Below are positions 49,181 to 58,048 of a stretch of 64,000 bases of DNA, one piece after another. The notes under the pieces were generated by a model that was not told the DNA's origin, made no database searches, and saw only the letters and a list, made by a program, of their open reading frames with translations. The stretch is from IMG/VR virus record IMGVR_UViG_3300042356_002199, one strand, 5' to 3'. The first letter of the stretch is position 1, and every line of letters starts with the position of its first letter. The position numbers and the translations under genes are program-made. The DNA is from an uncultured virus (IMG/VR IMGVR_UViG_3300042356_002199). Its lineage: Duplodnaviria > Heunggongvirae > Uroviricota > Caudoviricetes.

Positions 49181-52100
49181 CTAACTTACTGTTCTCTTTT
49201 TGCCAGACAAGGTTTCGCCAGACTCAATTCTTTCTGCGGCAGTTCTGAGTTGTTCGGCGCTAAATATGTCATCGATGGTGTGATTGGTGCCGAACACTTC
49301 ATTGAATCTGTCAACTATTGATTGCAATTCTGAGTCAGAGAATCTTGCTTCGTTTCCTTTTTTCGGAGACCATGCTGAGCCTTTTGCCGTCGCAGCATCT
49401 CTTAACGCAACACCCATATCAGTCTTTCCAGTTATCTTGTTTCGACTGGCTTGGCTATTGAGCTTGCTATCAGGAAAACTCTTGTCAATAAATTCGTTCA
49501 ATGCTTCATACACGGCGTATTTTGATTTCTTGAGTTCGTTGTCAAATCGTTCGCCCGTGGACGCGTCTTTCCAAACTGAAGCGGCGTTAGGTATTAGTCC
49601 AGTTCTAATCATGTGAGCGACCGTGGCCGTTGGTATTCCGTCTTTCTTCCATTCGTCCCAGGCTCCGACGGCATCCATTCCGAAAGCCGCAGACATTCGT
49701 TCTTTGAGAGTTGTTTTCCATTCTTTTCTATCTATTCCTAGATATTCCAGAAGTTTCTCTAATTCAAAATCTTCTCTGCTTGTCTTATCTCCACTAATTA
49801 TCTCACCATCTGGTTCCGTGCTAGGCAGAACACCATCAATCAGCTCTCCGTAGAGGTCATATTCTGCCTCTGAGTCGCCCTTGGTCGGGTCCTCTGGGTC
49901 AAAGCGACCAGTTGCGCGGAATTTGGACACTGCGCTAATTTCGCCAAGCTTGCTATATTCGTCTGGCGTTATGGACTCGCCCTCTTCCGGGTCAAACCAA
50001 TGAGGGAACGCGTCCTTGCCGAAGGTCTCGATTATGAACCTGTCACGCATATTTGCACGACCAACATTCTCCATAGCGAGGTCTATCTTTGAGAATCCTT
50101 CAACATCACCACTGGGTGACGGCGGAATAATCTTTGCTACTTCTTCGGCGCTAACTGGGGAAAAGTATCGCCATGCGCTCAGCTCTGGTTGCTTGCCGAG
50201 TTCGGCAATAAGCAGTCTGACAGCATCATGGTTGATGCCGGCGTCCGGCGCTTCCAGGGCTGCCGTATCTGGACCATTCAAGCCAAGAAGTGTTGCAAGC
50301 TCTTTGCGTGTAACTGGGCGAGTCTGAGTCCACTGTAGCGAACTCTTCCCGTCCCTATTGGCGGAAACAAATTCGGTCGGAACTCTTAGAGTTTCAGCAA
50401 GTTTGTCCACGGACAGCATCCATGTCAGTGCCGAGGGAGCATCATTCACGTTATTGTCGCCTACTCTGCCGACACGAACGAGGTTTTGACGCTTTTTCAT
50501 CTCCGCACCAACGGACTTTATTGTTGCAGTATTTTTAGATTTGCGTGCTTCAGTTTCTGATGCATCGTCGTCCACATCTATTGCTATTCCGACGTCACGG
50601 AAACGCTTCCACACGTTCATTGAGAAATTCAACTTGGCTTGCTCTTTTGGCGACTTTAAGTCACCCCTAAAGCGAATGCCAGCAATTTCTTGTGCGCTTC
50701 CGCTGCCATCGTAAATTCTACTTCCACCCGACGACCCTCTTCTGTTGAGTCTGCCGCTGCGACCAGTTGGTGTATTTTTGGGGCCACTACCCGCTCCACT
50801 TGACAAACTCATCGATGGGGGGCCTGTGTCTTCCGGGTCACCTTCGCCCCCGATATCAAGAACGCGCTCTTCGTCTCTCTTGTCAAGGATTGAATCAGCT
50901 TCATCTTCGCTTTCAACTATTTCTACATCTGGCGATTCCGGTATGTCGACCTCGTCTTCATTGAGTCCTTCTACGTCCTCAACTACTTCAATTTCTCCTA
51001 CTGGCTCATTTTCTTTGTCTTTACTTGGCGTAATGCCTCGATTAAGTTTGTCGTACTTGTCTGGGAGGGCTATTTTCCCATCAGCGAATGCGCCCTTACT
51101 TATCTCTTCAGGTATATCCCCACGCTTGACGGCCTCTTCTATTCCTCTTCGCTGGTCGGCCGTGACTCCATCGGCAAGATAACTCTCAAATACAGAAGAA
51201 CCTGGGTCAATCATCTCTTGCGCTCTTGTTAAGGCAACGTAGACGAGGTTTGTTTCTTCCATCCAAGAGACGGCCGTCTCTCCTTGGGGCTTGTCAACCA
51301 TTACCTCGGATGGGTTCATGAAGTCTTCAGCCAAAACCACGAAACGCGATTCACGCCCCTTGGCGAGTTGGGCTGTAGTTATTTCTACGTCACCGCCAAC
51401 TTCCCGTGCAGATTCACGAAGTTCAGAGGCAATCTGTGTAAGTATTTTTGCGTTTTCATCCAAAGAACCAGCATCGATAATAAAACCGTCATGAGAACGC
51501 CTTTGAGCTCCCGCTCTTTGTGTTGCTAATTCATTGCCTAATTTTACTTTTTCTCCTAGTCCGAGGCGCTCAATGATTTTTTCCATATCCCGGCGATAGC
51601 GGCCATTACCCCTGCGACCCTCAATTGGTTTTTCAACGCCATTTGGAAGAATTGTTGGCCTACCCGTATCAACACCATCCCCGGTTATGAATATGCGACC
51701 AGTCGCCTTTCCTGGCTTGGTTGGTCCACCGCCTTCTATTTCGAGCTGACCATAAACGCCATGAACCATTTTTGAGTTGAGAGATGGGAGTATTTCAATT
51801 TTTTCAAGTTGATTATCTTGCCCTGTTTCACCTTGTCTAACATTTGTTTTTACAGTTTTGTGAGATGCTATTTTTTTAATTTGTTCTGGGCTGACAGCAA
51901 ATGCCGGCAGTTCAAGGGTCTCTCGTTCGGGAATCATTACCGGAGGGATGTTCACAAGGGTCTTCTTCCCCTTGTCATCTGTTACATATCTACTGGTTCC
52001 ATTTAGTAGCCTTAGCAATCCTTTTGCACCCAGCGGTAATCCAGATGGGTCATTGGGGTCGGGCTGCTGGGTGAGCCTAAAAAGAGTTGTCAGCTGAGAA

Positions 52101-55100
52101 TATTGAGATTGATTAACTTTTCTTTTTAGCTGACCGATATTCCATACGGGTCCTATGATTGAAGACTCCGGTGGTCTGCCGTTACGCTTCTTGTCGTATT
52201 CTTTTTTCGAGGCTTCTGGCAACATTATGTACAACAGGTGCTCGGCAAATGCGGCCATCTGCGTATGTTTTTTCGCGGGTATGACAATTTCTGGCATTAT
52301 CGAATTGCCGTTTTTGTCTTTTCCTTTTGGTGATAACAGGAACTGCATAAGAAATCCCTGAGCCTCATTGATAATTTGTCTATTAGACCTAGTGAGAATC
52401 ATAGATGGCAGGTTGCCTTTTTTGATTTCCTCAGCAGCATCAACTATTACGCCAGCCTTGGGCAGAACTAACTCATCACGTAGAGCGAGCAATGCCTTGT
52501 CCTGCTCTTTACGCGGCAAATCAGCTATATCAATTTTTCTATCTGGAGTAGAGTAAGTGTTCTCAATAAAAAGAATTTTTTCTCTTCTCTCAGCTTCCGA
52601 TAGTTCCGGCAAATCTTTGAGAACCCTATTTTTTTCTGGAAGGAGGTCGTCAAAGTTTTTATAAACAACGCCTTGTGCTTCGCCCTTGACGTGTTTCCAC
52701 GGCGGTTGTTTGACCCCCTGCTTTGTCAGGTATAGGTTTTGTAGAGCCAAAACAAGGTTTCCGAGGTGAGCCACATTGCTTCCATAGCGGAAAGACTGTG
52801 TTATCTCCAGTTCGTAGTCTGGCTCGAGTGAGGAAAGAATATTTTTTGCATCATTGAATGCAAATACTCCCTGACGGTCATCTCCGACAACAATTATTGG
52901 AAGGTTTTTTCTATTATCAAGAAGAACTTTTTCAATAATTGGGTTTGAGTCTTGAGCTTCGTCAACAAAGAATGCAGCTAAAGGTTTATCTTTTGTGGCA
53001 AATTTTTTAGAAAGTTTTGCCATTTGCGTGTTGCCTTTGTTGGGCTTCACGCTTGTCACAATCCACTCTTCACCATCAATTTCGTAAGTTCCGCCAACTT
53101 CATAAGATTTAGGAATTGTTTTGTTTTTAATTGACGATGTTCCAGCATGCCCAACCAAGCCAGGGTCCGTACGGAGGTCGGGGTCGGTTAACATCCATAC
53201 CTTTGGCCCGGCGTCACGATGAAGAAGAAGATTTGAATCTCCATCGAGCATTTTGTCGACGGCCCCCTGAAGCATGCCTATCCACTCGTCGGGAATTTCT
53301 TGTTCCGCGAAAGTGGCATCAACGGGACTAATTTCTCCGCGAGCTATCTTCTTTTGCCCTTTCGCGCTCTCAAGGCCTTCTTTTTCGAGTTCTGACATCA
53401 AGAACATTTTCTTTGATGTTTTTTCGTCTACAGAAAGCGTCCACCTGCGCATTGCTTTGTTGAAAAGGTCACCAAATTCCTCGACCGTAACTTCTGCGCC
53501 ATTTGGAAGCTTGAAACCCTCGAGTTCAACGTCCCCTCTTGTGAACGTTATTTTGTCTGACCGTTCTTTGAGTTTTAGGAAATCGACCCAATCTGCCCCA
53601 TCGTCGAGACGTTGCCAGCCAAGTTCCTTGAACCCAGGCCTCTTTCCAGATACGGTCACCGTATCTCCATCAAAAGTCACGCCACTAAAGTCGTACGGAA
53701 TCATTGGCGGCTCATCTGGCGTTTTCTCCGCGCTTATGAACTTTGGATTCTTCTTTTTCCCAAACCTTTTTTCACCATCTCTCTCTAAGATGCCAGCTTG
53801 GATTTTTCTCCTTAAATTTTTTCCAAATTTCTTATCACCCTGACCAAGAGTGAGGGAGTAGTACCAAATCTTTGAGGTTGTTGCAATTCCTGTATTTCCC
53901 GGGAACTGCACCTCTGCCTCGAGCTGATTCTTGACACCAAATACAGCATAATACATGTCACCCATTTTGTATTTTTCTGCGAGTTCTTTCACAGCATCGT
54001 TGATTGCTGCGTCATTCATTCCGTCAAAAGAGACGCCATATCTATCGGTAAGATACTTTAGATGCTCAACCCTTTCCTCGCCCTTGGAAGGCACGTTGAA
54101 TTCTCTCTCTAAAACCCATGAAACATTTTTTAAGGAAGTTGTTTTCCCGGTTCCTGCACCAGCAAGAACGCTCAACACTTTCGGGTCTTTGTTTCTGACC
54201 AGATTAATCACTAAGTCAAGAATGTCTCTCTGTTCAGCAGTTGGCTCAACCTTGAGCTTAAACACTCTTCTGTAAGAAATAGACCTGTCGCTGCGCTTGA
54301 CCTCGGGAACGCCATCTTTTGCGCCCTTGATTGGTCCAGTTACCTTGCCGCTTGAAAGTCCGTCAGCACCTATAACAGAGCCATCGCGACTCTTCTTTCC
54401 GACGTCACCGATAAACTCAGAAGCACGAATTATTTTTTCGTCGCGAGAGAGTTCCCCGTCTGGATTCGGAATCATTAACCGAGCCATCTGGGCATCTGGA
54501 TTTTCATCAAATTGGTCCAAATCAAGCATGTCTTCGATGAAACCAGAAATGGGCCTACTCGGCGGGATAAGTGGGCTGTCTTCGTATCCCGCAATATTTG
54601 GAACTTCCAGCCAGGTATCTATCTTGCCCTTGCGTTCATCGTCTGGAATTCCAGCCAAACGGCGCATTGTTGCCGAGCGATTGAGCAGGTAATCATTTGC
54701 CTGTTGAGCCTGAAGAATCGCCCTATGAATCGCAGTTGGGTCTGACTGTAGCTTCTTCATCCATGCGTTCAGATACAAAATATGGTCTTCGCGAATTACG
54801 GGCTCGAGACCCATTGAGCCCATTGCGAATGCTGAGCCGATTTCTGCAATCAGCTCTTCAAAGGCGTAGCCTTCATCACCAAACGTTTTCCCTAATTTTC
54901 TATCGAGTCGGCTCGGATGTGATGTCCAGTGGACTGTTTCATGCATGGCAGTTCCGTAAAAAGCCAAAGCGTCTTTAAATTGTTCAAATGCAGGCATATG
55001 AATTTTGTCGGTGCCTGGCCGATAGAACGCCTGCGAGCCCTTCGATTCAACGAATGCTGGCCCTATCTCCTGAATGACTGTTTCTAGGTCCTGAAGTCTC

Positions 55101-57922
55101 TGTTCTTTATTTATCTCTACATCTTCAAGAGCATAAAACTTCTCTGGGAGCCCCTTGACTTCAGCGACGTTGAAGACTTCCATAACTTTGTATGTTTTTG
55201 GACCAGAAACAATATTTCCATTTAGGTCAACAGATTCTCTGCCTCGTTGCGGTACTAGAACTTTTACGCCCTTGGTAGATAGGTCTTTCGCACTAATCTT
55301 CCCGCCACGTTTTTTCCATTGCCCAGCCCCAGCCCACCTGGAAGTCTGGTACCCGCGAGCACTGGCAGTTAGCTGTAGGAGCATTTGGTTTGTGCCCTGA
55401 TAAATTCTACCGCTTGTTGGATTTCTTGCATAAGCTTCGGGGTTCCGCCATGGAAACTGCCACGTTTTTGAATCAGGATTGAGCGAAAGCCCCAGAAGCG
55501 CATCAAGAATTTGCTTCGTCATCTCATCGTACATTTCCTGCACGAGTGGGGAATCTTCGGGGATTTCGTCCCCAACATTTAGTGTGCCAGACGAAAGCAC
55601 TCCATCATATTTGGCCTTCTCATCGCCTGTCCGCTTCGCCTCGGGCTTATTTAGGTACTTGCCGTAGCCGCTTGAAAGACCTTGGCTGGTCTTTTCTACC
55701 TGCTTTTTTACGGGCTTTTTCTTTGGCTTTTCAGTATCGGCCATTTCGCCTTCGGCCATCTTCTCGACACGTTCCATGTATTTGTCGATTTCGGCAATGG
55801 CCTTCTTTAACTTCTTTATTTGGTCAGAATCTGATGCTCCATCCAAAACGCCTTGAAGCTCGTCACGCTGCGACTCTGCTGCGCCATATTTTTCTGCCGA
55901 ATCAACATCCGGGTCGTCTATTCGCGGAAGATTTACAAGCTCGCTTCCAGAGGAAAGTTTCTGGCGCTCTTTAGGTTTTGTTATTTTCTCTACTTGAATT
56001 TCCGCTCGAGAAATTGCTGCAGCATTCGGCTTCGCAACCTGCCTGGGGGATGGCTTGGGGTTACGGATAGAGCCAGGGCCATCTGGCGTCGGGTCAGTTA
56101 CGGCAAGCGGAACCCCACGCAGGAATAGTCCCTCTCCAACAATGCCGTTAAGGTTCGCGTCGCGTGCGGTAAATGGGTCAAAGTCTTCCGCACCGATTGA
56201 CGTGAAGAAACGTCCTGCAGAACGACCTCCGCCTATGTTTGGGCGGTCAGTTAAACGGCCACTAATAGCTCTGCCGAGGCGATACCCGGCTGCTTTCCAC
56301 TCTAGGTTGTTTTCACTTAAGGATTTTTTTTTTAAGTTTGCGACTGCATTGTCGACTGCCTCAATCAATTCGTAGGTAACGCCAGAGGTCATGAAGATGC
56401 CGTTTGTGTCGACGAAAGAATCAACGCCGTGATAGTCGAAGATTGGGTCAAGAATCTGCTTCACTTGAAACGCAAACTGAGGAACAACGGGAAGCAAATA
56501 TGGCTTATCGTCGAAATCTTCGTTTTTGGAACCGAATTCACTTAAGAACTTAAAGCTCCGGCGCTTTTTTCTGCGCTTGCCGACTACCTTGCGAAGTCCT
56601 GCAATTGCCAATTCTCCGGGGTATTTTACCTCGAGGTCAGCAACGTAATCTTCTTCGGCAAATTCCTCGTCGAGTTCGTATGCCTTTGAGCCAGCTCCCT
56701 TGACAACACCCTTTGGGATGACAGCAAAACGGCACTTGCCTTCAGGCTCTACTTCCATGTCGATTATCTTGCAGGCGCTTCCACCCTGATAGAAGACGCA
56801 GTTTGAACACTTGACGCCGATTCCGGCAACTTCATTTTGTGCAGCAGGAGTATATGCCGCCCACACTCCCTCGGAATCTTCGTTGAACTTTCCGTGACGC
56901 TTTACGATTTTTAAAAGAGCATCCCTGAGGTCTACTTCTTCTTGGTCGAGATTGTTGGGGTCAAATCGACTCCCGTTATCGTTTTCGTATTGCACTGGTG
57001 GCAAAGGAACTATCTGGTTGCCGTTTTCGCCTGGCTTAATAGCAACTGGGATTGATGGCATTTGAGAAGGCCGAACAATTCTTTGTGGCTCATTTGGGGG
57101 CATACCTGGCATCGCCATTGGCATTGCGCTTACAGGAGCAATGGGCTTACGCGCGGGCATTACAACAATGGGGCGCGGCGCACCGAACATATAATGTCCG
57201 CGATTATTGCTGAATCCACACTTGTAGCGGCCAACTTCTCCGTTGTCCATTCTTCGCGCAAACGTAATCTCTTCGTCGTTAACTTCCATTAAAGATACTT
57301 TTGCGCCCAAAATTGCAGCAAGCTGCTTTTCTATCTCTGCCTTGTCAATTGGGTCTTCTTCGTTCATCATGGACATCAAGATTCCACCGGACAACTCTTC
57401 GGACTTAACGGAAATAGTCCCAGTTAGCTGGTTTGCGCCATGCAGAACCGGAGATACCTCATATAACTCAAGTTCATAAATGATATTTGCTTGGGATTTC
57501 TGGTCAAACTGAGCTCGAAGTGTCTTGTAACCAATCGACCATTCCTGCTCCTCGCCAAAGAAAGCAACCATAGCGAAGGCCTCTCGGCCTTTTTCCGAAT
57601 TGAGATTAAACTGAACGCGAGCAAATAGGCCACCAATTCCGGCCATCTTCATCTTCATGGGAAGGCGGTTGTCTGTGTTCGGAACTTCGTAAATCTCCAG
57701 GACCTTACCGATGGGGTCGTTCCAACTATGTCCCCAGACAACGCGCGGCTTACGGCGTTGGAGGCTCTTCGTGAATGCTCCAGTGGCAACGATGTCGCCC
57801 ACAGAGTCCTTGTTGCCGATGCCAGCCACGAAGCATTCGACAATTCCCTGCGCTTCATCCAAATTGATGGAGTCGGAGTGCCCGAGCGTAGACGACTTAT
57901 ATTCAAACAATTCTGATGGCAT
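49181..57922 (-). CDS. Giant polyvalent protein C (2913 aa): HK97-type prohead protease fused to a Cys motif, ArdC-like and UvrD-like SF1 helicase modules
   Basis: WGHSWNDPIG, EWSIGY, LYEVSPVLHGAN (protease); NPTSGRIYQGTN, HETVHWT, EELIAEIGS (ArdC); AGAGTGKT, DEAQD, VGDDRQ, SFRYG, AKGRE, YVALTRA (SF1); 5 exact LSSG. Confidence 0.88.
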   Translation of the reverse strand: MPSELFEYKSSTLGHSDSINLDEAQGIVECFVAGIGNKDSVGDIVATGAFTKSLQRRKPRVVWGHSWNDPIGKVLEIYEVPNTDNRLPMKMKMAGIGGLFARVQFNLNSEKGREAFAMVAFFGEEQEWSIGYKTLRAQFDQKSQANIIYELELYEVSPVLHGANQLTGTISVKSEELSGGILMSMMNEEDPIDKAEIEKQLAAILGAKVSLMEVNDEEITFARRMDNGEVGRYKCGFSNNRGHYMFGAPRPIVVMPARKPIAPVSAMPMAMPGMPPNEPQRIVRPSQMPSIPVAIKPGENGNQIVPLPPVQYENDNGSRFDPNNLDQEEVDLRDALLKIVKRHGKFNEDSEGVWAAYTPAAQNEVAGIGVKCSNCVFYQGGSACKIIDMEVEPEGKCRFAVIPKGVVKGAGSKAYELDEEFAEEDYVADLEVKYPGELAIAGLRKVVGKRRKKRRSFKFLSEFGSKNEDFDDKPYLLPVVPQFAFQVKQILDPIFDYHGVDSFVDTNGIFMTSGVTYELIEAVDNAVANLKKKSLSENNLEWKAAGYRLGRAISGRLTDRPNIGGGRSAGRFFTSIGAEDFDPFTARDANLNGIVGEGLFLRGVPLAVTDPTPDGPGSIRNPKPSPRQVAKPNAAAISRAEIQVEKITKPKERQKLSSGSELVNLPRIDDPDVDSAEKYGAAESQRDELQGVLDGASDSDQIKKLKKAIAEIDKYMERVEKMAEGEMADTEKPKKKPVKKQVEKTSQGLSSGYGKYLNKPEAKRTGDEKAKYDGVLSSGTLNVGDEIPEDSPLVQEMYDEMTKQILDALLGLSLNPDSKTWQFPWRNPEAYARNPTSGRIYQGTNQMLLQLTASARGYQTSRWAGAGQWKKRGGKISAKDLSTKGVKVLVPQRGRESVDLNGNIVSGPKTYKVMEVFNVAEVKGLPEKFYALEDVEINKEQRLQDLETVIQEIGPAFVESKGSQAFYRPGTDKIHMPAFEQFKDALAFYGTAMHETVHWTSHPSRLDRKLGKTFGDEGYAFEELIAEIGSAFAMGSMGLEPVIREDHILYLNAWMKKLQSDPTAIHRAILQAQQANDYLLNRSATMRRLAGIPDDERKGKIDTWLEVPNIAGYEDSPLIPPSRPISGFIEDMLDLDQFDENPDAQMARLMIPNPDGELSRDEKIIRASEFIGDVGKKSRDGSVIGADGLSSGKVTGPIKGAKDGVPEVKRSDRSISYRRVFKLKVEPTAEQRDILDLVINLVRNKDPKVLSVLAGAGTGKTTSLKNVSWVLEREFNVPSKGEERVEHLKYLTDRYGVSFDGMNDAAINDAVKELAEKYKMGDMYYAVFGVKNQLEAEVQFPGNTGIATTSKIWYYSLTLGQGDKKFGKNLRRKIQAGILERDGEKRFGKKKNPKFISAEKTPDEPPMIPYDFSGVTFDGDTVTVSGKRPGFKELGWQRLDDGADWVDFLKLKERSDKITFTRGDVELEGFKLPNGAEVTVEEFGDLFNKAMRRWTLSVDEKTSKKMFLMSELEKEGLESAKGQKKIARGEISPVDATFAEQEIPDEWIGMLQGAVDKMLDGDSNLLLHRDAGPKVWMLTDPDLRTDPGLVGHAGTSSIKNKTIPKSYEVGGTYEIDGEEWIVTSVKPNKGNTQMAKLSKKFATKDKPLAAFFVDEAQDSNPIIEKVLLDNRKNLPIIVVGDDRQGVFAFNDAKNILSSLEPDYELEITQSFRYGSNVAHLGNLVLALQNLYLTKQGVKQPPWKHVKGEAQGVVYKNFDDLLPEKNRVLKDLPELSEAERREKILFIENTYSTPDRKIDIADLPRKEQDKALLALRDELVLPKAGVIVDAAEEIKKGNLPSMILTRSNRQIINEAQGFLMQFLLSPKGKDKNGNSIMPEIVIPAKKHTQMAAFAEHLLYIMLPEASKKEYDKKRNGRPPESSIIGPVWNIGQLKRKVNQSQYSQLTTLFRLTQQPDPNDPSGLPLGAKGLLRLLNGTSRYVTDDKGKKTLVNIPPVMIPERETLELPAFAVSPEQIKKIASHKTVKTNVRQGETGQDNQLEKIEILPSLNSKMVHGVYGQLEIEGGGPTKPGKATGRIFITGDGVDTGRPTILPNGVEKPIEGRRGNGRYRRDMEKIIERLGLGEKVKLGNELATQRAGAQRRSHDGFIIDAGSLDENAKILTQIASELRESAREVGGDVEITTAQLAKGRESRFVVLAEDFMNPSEVMVDKPQGETAVSWMEETNLVYVALTRAQEMIDPGSSVFESYLADGVTADQRRGIEEAVKRGDIPEEISKGAFADGKIALPDKYDKLNRGITPSKDKENEPVGEIEVVEDVEGLNEDEVDIPESPDVEIVESEDEADSILDKRDEERVLDIGGEGDPEDTGPPSMSLSSGAGSGPKNTPTGRSGRLNRRGSSGGSRIYDGSGSAQEIAGIRFRGDLKSPKEQAKLNFSMNVWKRFRDVGIAIDVDDDASETEARKSKNTATIKSVGAEMKKRQNLVRVGRVGDNNVNDAPSALTWMLSVDKLAETLRVPTEFVSANRDGKSSLQWTQTRPVTRKELATLLGLNGPDTAALEAPDAGINHDAVRLLIAELGKQPELSAWRYFSPVSAEEVAKIIPPSPSGDVEGFSKIDLAMENVGRANMRDRFIIETFGKDAFPHWFDPEEGESITPDEYSKLGEISAVSKFRATGRFDPEDPTKGDSEAEYDLYGELIDGVLPSTEPDGEIISGDKTSREDFELEKLLEYLGIDRKEWKTTLKERMSAAFGMDAVGAWDEWKKDGIPTATVAHMIRTGLIPNAASVWKDASTGERFDNELKKSKYAVYEALNEFIDKSFPDSKLNSQASRNKITGKTDMGVALRDAATAKGSAWSPKKGNEARFSDSELQSIVDRFNEVFGTNHTIDDIFSAEQLRTAAERIESGETLSGKKRTVS
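50807..54346 (-). other. Module: UvrD/Rep-like SF1 helicase bounded by LSSG sites
   Basis: Helicase motifs I-VI in order between LSSG at 54347 and at 50795. Confidence 0.8.
54359..55585 (-). other. Module: ArdC-like antirestriction protein (ssDNA-binding N-domain plus zincin) bounded by LSSG sites
   Basis: W..PW, YQGTN, VFNV, AFY.P..D.I.MP, HETVHWT, YAFEELIAE. Confidence 0.85.
57400..57922 (-). other. Module: HK97-family prohead (maturation) protease
   Basis: DSVGD..GAF, H in WGH, S in WSIGY, EVSPV. Confidence 0.85.
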
Positions 57923-58048
57923 TCGATAGACCCTTCACGTCGTGTCTATTGAAAATAATAAGCGATTTAGAAGTCTGTCCGGTGCAACTATCACCAAAGT
58001 TATTTGTTTAAAGAAAATATTATTTATTTTACTGAAATAGTAATTTCT

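Noticed and set aside
12560..55957. LSSG sites as DNA repeats or recombination sites (shufflon or integron-like)
   Set aside because: The codons differ widely (TCN and AGY serines, several Leu and Gly codons), flanks are not shared, and no recombinase is seen in the window; conservation is at the peptide level.
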